A DNA stretch of 64,000 bases from an uncultured Marinoscillum sp. (GTDB lineage: Bacteria > Bacteroidota > Bacteroidia > Cytophagales > MED-G16), in NCBI GenBank assembly GCA_902529805.1, contig CABZXU010000008.1, positions 468 through 64,467 of the forward strand, in the 5' to 3' direction. The notes beneath the pieces were generated by a model. It saw nothing but the letters and a program-made list of their open reading frames with translations, searched no databases and had not been told where the DNA came from. A program made the translations under genes and the position numbers. Every line of letters starts with the position of its first letter. Within the stretch, counting starts at the first letter, position 1. Positions 40,021 to 49,804 of this stretch are shown here, one piece after another.

Positions 40021-41841
40021 ATGAATAGAGAAGTTAAGCTTTGTTTAGTTTATAGGGACATGTGGCAATCTTCAGGAAAGTTTATGCCAAGTGGTAAGCA
40101 ACTTGAAAAAATTGCTGAACCTATTATTAATATGGGGTGTTGGGATAGAATTGAAACTAATGGAGGTGGGTTTGAGCAAATTCAATTGCTGGCAGGTGAA
40201 AACCCTAATAAAGTACTAAGAAAATGGACAAAACCTTTTAATGAAGTCAAAATAAAAACTCAAATGTTAGAAAGAGGGCTTAATGCACTTAGCATGTCTC
40301 CAGTTTCAAAAGATGTTAGAAAACTTATGTTTAATGTTAAAAAAAGTCAAGGCACAAATATTTCTAGATCTTTTGACGGGTTAAATGATATAAGAAATTT
40401 AAAATATTCAATTGAATATTCCATCGATGCAAATATGATATCTCAGTCTTGTTTATGTATAACTCATTCAAATATACACACTGTTGAATATTATATTAAT
40501 TTGGCAAAGGAGTTGATAAATATGGGCACAAATGAAATAGCCATTAAGGATATGGCTGGAATAGGAAGGCCAACTTCTCTAGGTAAAATTGTAAAAGGAA
40601 TTAAGAATTTTAGTCCTAAAACTCTTGTACAATATCATGGACATTCGGGTCCTGGTTTTTCTGTGGCTTCATCTTTAGAAGTTGCTAGAGCTGGTGCCGA
40701 TATTATTGATGTAGCAATGGAACCATTATCATGGGGCACAACTCATGCAGATTTATTAACCATACATGAAGTTTTAAAGGATGATGGGTTTACTGTAAAA
40801 GATATAAATATGAATGGATATAGAGATGTTAAAAACTTAACTCAAGAATTTATTGATGAAAATTTAGGATATTTTATTAATCCAAAAAACCGCTTTATGA
40901 ATTCTTTATTAATTGAATCTGGTTTGCCTGGTGGTATGATGGGGAGTTTGATGTCCGATTTAGAAAAATCTTTATCAAGTTTGAATAAATGGTTAAGTAA
41001 AAAAAATAAAGAAACTTTAAATATTAATGTATTATTTTCAATGTTATTGGATGAAGTTAAGACTATTTGGCCTATAATGGGTTATCCTCCTTTAGTAACC
41101 CCCTATAGTCAGTATGTTAAAAATGTTGCGCTGGGCAATGTTATATTAGGAATAAAGGGAAAAGAAAAATGGGGTTTATTAGATGATAACACATGGGATA
41201 TGTTGTTAGGTAAATCTGGTAAACTACCGGGTTCTTTAGGTAAAGAAATAAACAATTTAGCTTTAAAATTAAACAAAAGCTTCTATAATGATGAACCTCA
41301 AAATTTATATCCAGACAAACTTGAAGATTTAAAAATAGAGATGAAAGAAAAGGATTGGACGTTAGGAAAAGATAATGAAGAACTTTTAGAATTTGCTTTG
41401 CACAAAAATCAATATATAGATTATAAATCTGGAAAAGCAAAAGAAAGTTTTAATAAGATGATTGAGAAGAGTAAAAAAACATTAGTTAAAGATGATAATA
41501 TTGATTCTAAAAATCTTAAAGTAAATTCTACTATAATAGAATTAGACAATTCTAAATATAAAGTAGAATATACTATAGATGATTTAAAAAATAAAAATCA
41601 GTATATGTCAGGTATAGAAGTTTTATCTCCACTTGAAGGAAAGTTTTATTTAACCAAAAACTCAAATCAAAGCCAGGTAAAAATAGGAGATCAAATAAAA
41701 AAAGGGGATACAATTTGCTATATTGAGTCAATGAAAGTTATTAATGCCATTAAATCTGAACATTCTGGTAAAATTGTTCAAATTTGTTTTGAGAATGGTC
41801 AAGAGGTTTTTGATGATGATGTTTTATTTATTTTAAATTAA
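40021..41841 (+). CDS. oadA: oxaloacetate decarboxylase alpha subunit (carboxyltransferase plus biotin carrier)
   Basis: YRDMWQSSGK, IKDMAG, HGHSG, LPGGM, GYPPLVTPYSQ and biotinyl motif IESMKV. Confidence 0.9.
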   Translation: MNREVKLCLVYRDMWQSSGKFMPSGKQLEKIAEPIINMGCWDRIETNGGGFEQIQLLAGENPNKVLRKWTKPFNEVKIKTQMLERGLNALSMSPVSKDVRKLMFNVKKSQGTNISRSFDGLNDIRNLKYSIEYSIDANMISQSCLCITHSNIHTVEYYINLAKELINMGTNEIAIKDMAGIGRPTSLGKIVKGIKNFSPKTLVQYHGHSGPGFSVASSLEVARAGADIIDVAMEPLSWGTTHADLLTIHEVLKDDGFTVKDINMNGYRDVKNLTQEFIDENLGYFINPKNRFMNSLLIESGLPGGMMGSLMSDLEKSLSSLNKWLSKKNKETLNINVLFSMLLDEVKTIWPIMGYPPLVTPYSQYVKNVALGNVILGIKGKEKWGLLDDNTWDMLLGKSGKLPGSLGKEINNLALKLNKSFYNDEPQNLYPDKLEDLKIEMKEKDWTLGKDNEELLEFALHKNQYIDYKSGKAKESFNKMIEKSKKTLVKDDNIDSKNLKVNSTIIELDNSKYKVEYTIDDLKNKNQYMSGIEVLSPLEGKFYLTKNSNQSQVKIGDQIKKGDTICYIESMKVINAIKSEHSGKIVQICFENGQEVFDDDVLFILN

Positions 41842-41844
41842 AAA

Positions 41845-43035
41845 ATGAATTTTATAGAAAAGGTATATAATATGACGGGAATTGAGGAACTAATAGCCTC
41901 TCCATTTATAATTATTATGCTAATGATTTCTCTATTTTTACTTTATCTAGGTATAAAAAAGAAATATGAGCCTCTATTATTAGTACCAATTGGTTTTGGT
42001 ATGTTATTAGCAAATTTACCAGGAGCAAACTTAGGTGTTTCAAACACGTTAGAGAATCAAAGCTTAATTGAAATAGCTCAAAATAATGGGATAATTAATT
42101 TTTTATACTATGCTTTGATTAAGTCAGGGTTTTTGCCGCCTATAATTTTTATGGGTGTTGGTGCATTAACTGATTTTGGTCCTATGTTAAAAAATCTAAG
42201 ATTGGTTTTTTTTGGTGCAGCAGCTCAAATTGGAATCTTCATAGTACTTGTATCAGCTACTTTATTCGGTTTACCAGCTAATGAAGCTGCTTCAATAGCT
42301 ATAATTGGAGGAGCAGATGGCCCAACAGCTATTTATACTTCTATTATTTTAGCTCCGCATTTACTTGGACCAATAGCAATTGCAGCTTATTCATATATGG
42401 CATTGGTGCCTGTTATTATTCCTTTTGTTGTTAAGTATACAGTTTCAAAAAATGAATTAAAAATAAATATGAAAAAACAAGATGAAAAATTTCCCTCATC
42501 AACCAAAATTAAAAATATTGATACTTTAAAAATTTTATTTCCAATTATCGTAACTATATTAATTTCAATTATAGTACCTTCTGCAGCTCCTCTAATTGGA
42601 TTGTTAATGTTTGGGAACCTGATAAAAGAAATTGGATCAACCACAGGTAGATTATCTAATGCAGCATCAGACACCATATTAAATTCCTCAACAATTTTTT
42701 TAGGTTTAACTATTGGAGCGACAATGACACATGAAAGTTTTTTAAATTTTAAAACCTTATCTATTATAGTTGGTGGTTTAATTGCTTTTGTTTTATCTGT
42801 GTTTGGGGGTATTTTAGCCGTTAAAATTTTTAATTTATTTACTCGAAAAAAAATAAACCCACTAATTGGAGCAACTGGATTGAGTGCTGTTCCAATGGCA
42901 TCAAGAGTATCCAATAAAATTGCGTTGAAATATGATTCATCCAATCACATAATGCATTACGCTATGGCAAGTAACATATCTGGTGTAATTGGATCAGCAG
43001 TAGCAGCTGGGGTTTTAATTAGTTTTATTTCTTAA
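41845..43035 (+). CDS. oadB: Na+-translocating decarboxylase beta subunit
   Basis: YEPLLLVPIGFG, GVGALTDFGP, IIGGADGPT, AAYSYMALVP, SAVPMASRV and GVIGSA. Confidence 0.96.
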   Translation: MNFIEKVYNMTGIEELIASPFIIIMLMISLFLLYLGIKKKYEPLLLVPIGFGMLLANLPGANLGVSNTLENQSLIEIAQNNGIINFLYYALIKSGFLPPIIFMGVGALTDFGPMLKNLRLVFFGAAAQIGIFIVLVSATLFGLPANEAASIAIIGGADGPTAIYTSIILAPHLLGPIAIAAYSYMALVPVIIPFVVKYTVSKNELKINMKKQDEKFPSSTKIKNIDTLKILFPIIVTILISIIVPSAAPLIGLLMFGNLIKEIGSTTGRLSNAASDTILNSSTIFLGLTIGATMTHESFLNFKTLSIIVGGLIAFVLSVFGGILAVKIFNLFTRKKINPLIGATGLSAVPMASRVSNKIALKYDSSNHIMHYAMASNISGVIGSAVAAGVLISFIS

Positions 43036-43039
43036 ACTG

Positions 43040-43984
43040 ATGCTAGATTTTGTTAAAATATTTGCTCCAGCTTCAGTTGCAAATGTATCTTGTGGGTTTG
43101 ATTCAATAGGATTTGCAGTAGAAACTATTGGTGATGAAATGACCTTTTTAAAAACTTCAAATAAAGGGATTACTATTAAAAATATTACAGGAGCTCAAAA
43201 CTTAAGTTTAGACCCTACCAAAAATGCTGCTGGTGTTGTCGCTTTAGCTATGCTTAAAGAGTATCCAGTAGATTTTGGTATAGAAATAACTATGAACAAA
43301 GGTTTTTCTCCTGGAAGTGGTTTAGGTAGTAGCGCTGCAAGTTCAGGTGGATCTGCTTTTGGAGTAAATCAATTACTTAATAAACCTTTCAGTAATTTGG
43401 AGCTAACTAAGTTTGCCATGCTTGGAGAAAAAATAGCTTGTGGAACTCCTATAGCTGATAATGTTGCTGCAGTGATTTTTGGAGGTTTTATTCTAATTAG
43501 AAGTTATGAACCTTTGGATGTTATAAAACTTCCTGTTCCTAAAGATTTAAGGTTGGTTGCCATTCATCCTCAAATTGAAATTAAAACAAAAGATGCTAGA
43601 GACGTTTTACCTGATCAAATTCCTTTAAATAAAGCTGTTAAACAATGGGCTAATGTTGGCGGTCTAATCAGTGGTTTATATACTAAAGACTATAAATTGA
43701 TATCGAATTCCCTTATTGATGAAATAGTCGAACCAAAAAGAAAACATTTAATTCCTTACTTTGATCTTGTAAAAGAGGAAGCTGTAAATGCTGGAGCTCT
43801 TGGTGCTGGTATTTCTGGGTCTGGTCCAACTATTTTTTCACTTTGTGAAGGAGACTCTGTTGTTGAAAATGTTTATAAAGCTATAAAAAAAGCTTACAAA
43901 AATAAAAATGTAGACTTTAGACTATTTTCATCAAAAATTAATACAGAAGGTGTTAAAATAATAGAAACTAAAACTATTTATTAA
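43040..43984 (+). CDS. thrB: homoserine kinase
   Basis: APASVANVSCGFD, GHMP motif PGSGLGSSAAS, ADNVA and ISGSGPT. Confidence 0.95.
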   Translation: MLDFVKIFAPASVANVSCGFDSIGFAVETIGDEMTFLKTSNKGITIKNITGAQNLSLDPTKNAAGVVALAMLKEYPVDFGIEITMNKGFSPGSGLGSSAASSGGSAFGVNQLLNKPFSNLELTKFAMLGEKIACGTPIADNVAAVIFGGFILIRSYEPLDVIKLPVPKDLRLVAIHPQIEIKTKDARDVLPDQIPLNKAVKQWANVGGLISGLYTKDYKLISNSLIDEIVEPKRKHLIPYFDLVKEEAVNAGALGAGISGSGPTIFSLCEGDSVVENVYKAIKKAYKNKNVDFRLFSSKINTEGVKIIETKTIY

Positions 43985-44012
43985 ATCAAACTGAACAAAA
44001 ACAGTTTAAAAA

Positions 44013-45311
44013 ATGAGATACTATAGTTTAAAAAGGAAATCTCCAGATGTTAGCTTTCAAGAGGCGGTTCTAAATGGTTTAGCTCCAGATAGAAGTTTAT
44101 ACTTCCCAGAGAGCATAAGTTTTTTGTCAAAAAAGTTTTTTGAAAACATTGATCAATACTCTAATGAAGAAATTGCTTATCATGTCATTAAACAATTTAT
44201 AGGTGATGAAATTCCCAAAGACGTCTTATACGATATTATTAAGAATACTGTAAATTTTGACTTTCCTATTATTCCTATTAATGATTCCATTTGTGCTTTA
44301 GAATTATTTCATGGTCCAACAATGTCTTTTAAGGATGTTGGAGCAGTTTTTATGGCAAGCTGCTTAGGTTATTTTAATAGAAACAAGAATAACAAACTTA
44401 CAGTACTAGTTGCAACCTCTGGAGATACCGGGGGTGCTGTAGCACATGGCTTTTTGGGAATAAAGGGAATAGAAGTTGTTATTCTCTACCCTTCAGGAAA
44501 AGTTAGTGATATTCAGGAAAGACAATTAACAACTTTAGGCCAGAATATAACAGCGATTGAGTTAGATGGTTATTTTGACGATTGCCAAGAAATGGTTAAA
44601 AAGGCTTTTTTAGATAATCAAATTAAAAGAAAATTTACCTCTGCTAATTCTATAAATATTGCACGCTGGCTTCCTCAAATGTTTTATTATTTTATAGCTT
44701 ATAAACAAGTATATAAACAACAAAGGGATATTGTTTTTTCGGTTCCTAGTGGAAACTTTGGTAATATTTGTGCTGCTATCATGACAAAAAAACTAGGCTT
44801 GCCTATTAAACATTTTATAGCATCAACAAATATTAATGATACTGTACCTAATTACTTAGCTAACGGAGTTTATAATCCTAAGCCTTCAAAAGTTACTATT
44901 TCAAATGCAATGGATGTTGGCAAACCAAGTAATTTTATTCGCATTCAACAATTATTTAATAACGAATTAAGTTCTTTAAAAAAACTATTCTCTGCTTATT
45001 CATTTACAGATAAAGAAACAAAAAATGCTATGCAACAAATTTATAATAATAGTAAATATCTAGCAGACCCTCATGGAGCTGTAGGTTATTTGGGCGCTAA
45101 ATTATTTCAAAAAGAACATCCAAAAAGTTTATGTATTTTTTTGGAAACAGCACATCCAGTAAAGTTTATGGATATTGTAAAAGAAACGCTTTCAGCGAGA
45201 ATGGTAATTCCTAAACAAATTAAATCTTCTTTAGAAAAAGAAAAGAAATCAATTAAAATAAAAACATATGAAGACCTAAAACGGTTTTTAAATTTTGAAA
45301 AGTTATCGTAA
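44013..45311 (+). CDS. thrC: threonine synthase
   Basis: GLAPD, ELFHGPTMSFKD (PLP lysine), ATSGDTG, SANSINIAR, VPSGNFGN and TAHPVKF. Confidence 0.96.
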   Translation: MRYYSLKRKSPDVSFQEAVLNGLAPDRSLYFPESISFLSKKFFENIDQYSNEEIAYHVIKQFIGDEIPKDVLYDIIKNTVNFDFPIIPINDSICALELFHGPTMSFKDVGAVFMASCLGYFNRNKNNKLTVLVATSGDTGGAVAHGFLGIKGIEVVILYPSGKVSDIQERQLTTLGQNITAIELDGYFDDCQEMVKKAFLDNQIKRKFTSANSINIARWLPQMFYYFIAYKQVYKQQRDIVFSVPSGNFGNICAAIMTKKLGLPIKHFIASTNINDTVPNYLANGVYNPKPSKVTISNAMDVGKPSNFIRIQQLFNNELSSLKKLFSAYSFTDKETKNAMQQIYNNSKYLADPHGAVGYLGAKLFQKEHPKSLCIFLETAHPVKFMDIVKETLSARMVIPKQIKSSLEKEKKSIKIKTYEDLKRFLNFEKLS

Positions 45312-45336
45312 CATAACATATTGAATAAAAATTCTA

Positions 45337-45885
45337 TTAATTTATTATGCTATTAATTAAATCTTCTGAATTATTTGATACTATTATTTCATCTATAAAA
45401 TTTTTGTGAAGAAAATCATTTTTCCCCATTAAATGAATATGCTCTATGATTTTTTCATAGTAGTTTGAAATATTTAAAATACCAATAGGTGCTTTTTTAA
45501 GTTTTAATTGTTTCCATGTAATTATTTCAAATAGTTCTTCAAGTGTTCCAATGCCGCCGGGAAGAGCTATAAAAAAATCTGAAATATCATACATTTTTTG
45601 TTTTCTCTCATGCATAGAATCTACTAAATGCAATTCACTTAAATTCTTATTTATTATTTCTTTTTTATTTAAAAATTTTGGAATGATACCGATTACTTTT
45701 CCTCCATGCCTTTGAACTTCTTTTGCTATTAATCCCATTAAACCAATTTTAGCACCGCCATAAACAAGTTCTAGATTATTTTCTGATATTATTTTAGCCA
45801 ATTTTATGACTTCCTTTTGAATTAGTTTGTCACTCCCTAAACTAGAACCACAAAAAACACAAATTCTTTTTTTATCCTTTAGCAT
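45337..45885 (-). CDS. LOG family (TIGR00730) nucleotide monophosphate phosphoribohydrolase
   Basis: CVFCGSS, YGGAKIGLMG, MHERK and PGGIGTLEE motifs. Confidence 0.93.
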   Translation of the reverse strand: MLKDKKRICVFCGSSLGSDKLIQKEVIKLAKIISENNLELVYGGAKIGLMGLIAKEVQRHGGKVIGIIPKFLNKKEIINKNLSELHLVDSMHERKQKMYDISDFFIALPGGIGTLEELFEIITWKQLKLKKAPIGILNISNYYEKIIEHIHLMGKNDFLHKNFIDEIIVSNNSEDLINSIIN

Positions 45886-45930
45886 ATGTATATAAACTAA
45901 GTTAAGCCTTTATTTAATTAATCAATATTT

Positions 45931-45938
45931 TATATTTG
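45931..45938 (+). promoter_or_regulatory. -7 promoter element immediately before glyQS
   Basis: TATATTTG ends 4 nt before ATG 45943. Confidence 0.55.
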
Positions 45939-45942
45939 CCTA

Positions 45943-47490
45943 ATGATTGACATCCAAGATAATAATTTAAAAAAAATAATTTCTCATTCAAAAGAATATG
46001 GTTTTGTGTTTCCTTCTAGTGAAATCTATGATGGATTAAGTGCAATATACGATTATGGTCCATATGGTGTAGAATTAAAAAATAATTTGAAAGAATATTG
46101 GTGGAAATCTATGGTTCAATTGAATGATAATATATTGGGAATCGATTCATCTATTTTTATGCATTCAAGCACATGGAAAGCCTCAGGCCATATCGATGCA
46201 TTTAATGATCCTCTAATTGATAATAAGGACTCAAAAAAAAGATACCGAGCGGATGTATTAATTGAAGATCATATCGGAAGAATTAAAAAGAAAAAAGAAA
46301 AAGAAATATTAAAAGCAAAGAAAAGGTTTAAAGAAGACTTTAATGAGAAAAAGTTTTGTGAAACTTCACCTAGAGTTTTAAAATATATTGAAGAAATAGA
46401 AAAAATTTCAACCCTATTGAATGATTATTTAAAATCAAATAATCTAAATGGCTTAAAAGATTTAATTATTAGTTTAGGAATAAGTGATCCAATTTCTGGA
46501 ACTAAAAATTGGACGGATGTTCGCCAATTTAATTTGATGTTTTCTACTGATATGGGTTCCGTTGATTCTAATAAAAATTTAATTTATTTGAGGCCTGAAA
46601 CTGCTCAAGGAATTTTCCTTAATTTTCTAAATGTAATTAATTCTAGTAGAATGAGAATACCATTTGGAATTGCTCAAATAGGGAAAGCTTTTAGAAATGA
46701 AATCATAGCCAGACAATTTATATTTAGAATGAGGGAGTTTGAGCAAATGGAAATGCAATTTTTTATTAGTCCAAACTCTGAAATAGAGTGGTATAAAAAA
46801 TGGAAAAATACTAGAATTAAATGGCATCACATATTAAACTTAGGTAAGGATAAATATAGATTTCATGATCATAAAAATTTAGCTCATTATGCAAATGCAG
46901 CATGTGATATTGAGTTTAATTTTCCTATGGGATATAAAGAATTAGAAGGAATTCATTCTAGAACAGATTTTGACCTTAAAGCTCATCAAAAATTATCCGG
47001 CAAAAAACTAACTTATTTTGATCAAAAAAGCAATAAGGCTTTTTTGCCATATGTAATAGAAACCTCAATTGGTCTTGATAGGCTTTTTTTAGCAGTTCTT
47101 TCTGGTTCATATATTGAGGAGTCTTTAGATGATGGATCAAATAGAGTTTATCTTAAAATTCCTTTTCCACTAGCACCAATTAAAGTTGCTGTTTTACCTC
47201 TCAACGCTAAAGATAAATTACCTGATAAGGCTAAAGAAATATACAATCAATTAAAAATTCAGTTTTCAAGTCAATATGACGAAAAAGATTCAATAGGAAA
47301 AAGATATAGAAGACAAGATGCAATTGGAACACCATTTTGTATAACAGTTGACTACGAATCTTTGGAAACTAATAAAGTAACAATCAGAAATAGAGATTCA
47401 ATGCAGCAAGAAAGAATCTCTGCTGATAAAATAAATAAATACTTAGAAAATAATACTTCTCTTAATATTTTATTAAATCAGTTAGATTAA
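45943..47490 (+). CDS. glyQS: glycine--tRNA ligase (alpha2, class II)
   Basis: WKASGH, FNLMF, LRPETAQGIF, FRNEI..FIFRMREFEQME, ELEGIHSRTDFDL and SIGKRYRRQDAIGTP. Confidence 0.97.
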   Translation: MIDIQDNNLKKIISHSKEYGFVFPSSEIYDGLSAIYDYGPYGVELKNNLKEYWWKSMVQLNDNILGIDSSIFMHSSTWKASGHIDAFNDPLIDNKDSKKRYRADVLIEDHIGRIKKKKEKEILKAKKRFKEDFNEKKFCETSPRVLKYIEEIEKISTLLNDYLKSNNLNGLKDLIISLGISDPISGTKNWTDVRQFNLMFSTDMGSVDSNKNLIYLRPETAQGIFLNFLNVINSSRMRIPFGIAQIGKAFRNEIIARQFIFRMREFEQMEMQFFISPNSEIEWYKKWKNTRIKWHHILNLGKDKYRFHDHKNLAHYANAACDIEFNFPMGYKELEGIHSRTDFDLKAHQKLSGKKLTYFDQKSNKAFLPYVIETSIGLDRLFLAVLSGSYIEESLDDGSNRVYLKIPFPLAPIKVAVLPLNAKDKLPDKAKEIYNQLKIQFSSQYDEKDSIGKRYRRQDAIGTPFCITVDYESLETNKVTIRNRDSMQQERISADKINKYLENNTSLNILLNQLD

Positions 47491-49803
47491 ATGATTGATT
47501 CCCTATCAAATTTTATTGTAAAGTATAGGTTGATTTTTGTTATATCAATTTTGTTGATTACGGTATTTATGGGATATAATATGAGATTTGTTGAATACAA
47601 TTATTCATTCGCTAAAACAGTTCCTGATACAGATGAAGATATGATTTATTATCAAAATTTCAGAAAAACTTTTGGTGAAGATGGCAATATTTTTGCGGTA
47701 GGAGTGAAAGATAGTTCGGTTTTTGAATTTAAAAATTTTGTTGATTATAAAAACCTGATAAGTAGTATAGAAAATATAGAAGGGATAAATGGTGTTTTAG
47801 GTTTACCCAACCTAAAATCATTAAAAAAAAATGTATCAGAAAAACGATTTGAATTAGTAGATATTTTCCCTAACATGTTAACTGATAAAAAAGAACTTGA
47901 TAGTCTTTTATCTTATTCTAAAAATATTAAGTTTTATTCAGGACAAATTTTAAATTCCTCCGGTGCAATCAACTTTTTAATAACTATCGATAAAAAAATA
48001 TTAAACTCTCCCGAAAGAGATGGTTTAATGTTAGATATTTTATCAGAATGTGAAAATTTTGTATATAAAACAGGCATTGAATTAAGATATGCAGGGTTGC
48101 CTTACTCAAGATATGTTATGGCAGAAAGTGTTAAAAAAGAATTAAATTTATTTTTAGTACTTTCAATATGTATTACTGCTCTCATTTTATTTTTCTTCTT
48201 TAGATCTTTTAATGCTGTCCTTGTCCCATTAATTATAATAGGTGTTGTTGTTATTTGGGTATTTGGATGTCTAGTAATTTTTGATTTTAAAATTACATTA
48301 CTTACAGGTTTATTACCTCCTCTAATTGTTGTAATCGGAATTCCTAATTGTGTATATATGTTAAATAAATATCATAATGCTTTCAGTTCGTATAAGTCAA
48401 AAAAAGAAGCATTGATATATGTTATCAAAACTATTGGTTTAATAACTTTTATCACAAATTTCACAACAGCAGTTGGTTTTTTTGTTCTAACAATTACTGA
48501 TATCAAAATTTTAGGTGAATTTGGTATAGTTGCTGGAATTAATGTGTTAGGAACTTTTTTAGTAAGTATAATTTTTCTTCCTTCAATTTATCTTTTGCTA
48601 CCAGAACCAAAAACATCAGATACAAATTATTTAAATAATAATAAACTAAATTATTTAATTAATTTATTTACTCATATTTCAATCAACTATCAAAAAAGAG
48701 TTTTTGCTATTACTTTTTTAATTATACTAGGATCTATTTTTTATATGTCCAAAATTGAATCAGTTTCTTATCTGTTAGATGATGTGCCAGAAGAAAGTAA
48801 ATTAAAGAAAGATTTGATTTTTTTTGAATCTAATTTTTCTGGAATAATGCCTTTGGAAATTATCATAGATACTAAAGTCAAAAAAGGAATTCAAAATTTA
48901 AAAAATTTAAGAAAAATAAATCAGCTTGAAAATAAATTAAATTCTATTACTGTAATATCTCAACCTTTATCAATGATTGGTTTTATTAAAGCCGCAAGAC
49001 AATCTTATTATAATAATAAGATTAATTATTATGATTTGCCAAATTCTAGAGACCAATCTTTTATTCTTAGATACCTTTCGAGCGGTTATTTGTCTGAGAA
49101 CTTTCAAGGTAATAATATTTCCAGTTCATTCGTTGATTCTCTTGGTCAAAAGATTAGAATTTCTCTAAAAGTTGCAGATTTAGGTTCAAAAAAATTAGAT
49201 TCTTTAATAAGTAGTGTTATAAAACCTGAGGTTGATGAAATTTTTAAAAATACAAAAATGGAAGCAAAAATAACGGGGTCAACATTATTGGCGGTTAAAG
49301 GAAATAGGTTTTTGATATCAAATTTGTTTCAATCCATGTTTCTTGCTTTTATTATAATAAGTTTAATTATGGGATTATTATTTAGAAATTTAACTATGAT
49401 AATAATTTCTTTAATACCTAATATAATTCCTCTAATAATAGCAGCAGGTTTAATGGGCTTTTTTGAAGTGCCACTTAAGCCTAGTTCAGCATTAGTATTT
49501 AGTATTGTTTTTGGTATTTCTGTTGATTATTCAATTCATTTTTTAGCAAAATATAGAAATGAATTATTGTTAACAAATAATATTAAGGAGTCTATTCTAA
49601 AGACTATTTCAGAAACTGGGAAAAGTATGGTATTTACATCATTTATTCTTTTCTTTGGGTTTATTATTTTTACATTTTCCTCATTTGGGGGCACAATAGT
49701 TTTAGGAAGTTTAACTTCTATAATTTTATTTATTGCAATGATTACCAATTTAACATTATTACCTTCTTTAATATTATATCTTAATAAGAAAAAAATTTCC
49801 TAG
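47491..49803 (+). CDS. MMPL/RND family transporter
   Basis: Duplicated TM bundles with two large periplasmic loops; TNFTTAVGF and FGISVDYSIHFL motifs. Confidence 0.9.
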   Translation: MIDSLSNFIVKYRLIFVISILLITVFMGYNMRFVEYNYSFAKTVPDTDEDMIYYQNFRKTFGEDGNIFAVGVKDSSVFEFKNFVDYKNLISSIENIEGINGVLGLPNLKSLKKNVSEKRFELVDIFPNMLTDKKELDSLLSYSKNIKFYSGQILNSSGAINFLITIDKKILNSPERDGLMLDILSECENFVYKTGIELRYAGLPYSRYVMAESVKKELNLFLVLSICITALILFFFFRSFNAVLVPLIIIGVVVIWVFGCLVIFDFKITLLTGLLPPLIVVIGIPNCVYMLNKYHNAFSSYKSKKEALIYVIKTIGLITFITNFTTAVGFFVLTITDIKILGEFGIVAGINVLGTFLVSIIFLPSIYLLLPEPKTSDTNYLNNNKLNYLINLFTHISINYQKRVFAITFLIILGSIFYMSKIESVSYLLDDVPEESKLKKDLIFFESNFSGIMPLEIIIDTKVKKGIQNLKNLRKINQLENKLNSITVISQPLSMIGFIKAARQSYYNNKINYYDLPNSRDQSFILRYLSSGYLSENFQGNNISSSFVDSLGQKIRISLKVADLGSKKLDSLISSVIKPEVDEIFKNTKMEAKITGSTLLAVKGNRFLISNLFQSMFLAFIIISLIMGLLFRNLTMIIISLIPNIIPLIIAAGLMGFFEVPLKPSSALVFSIVFGISVDYSIHFLAKYRNELLLTNNIKESILKTISETGKSMVFTSFILFFGFIIFTFSSFGGTIVLGSLTSIILFIAMITNLTLLPSLILYLNKKKIS

Positions 49804-49804
49804 T

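Noticed and set aside
42387-42944. 185-aa ORF antisense to oadB
   Set aside because: Shadow of a conserved hydrophobic membrane gene; no independent evidence.
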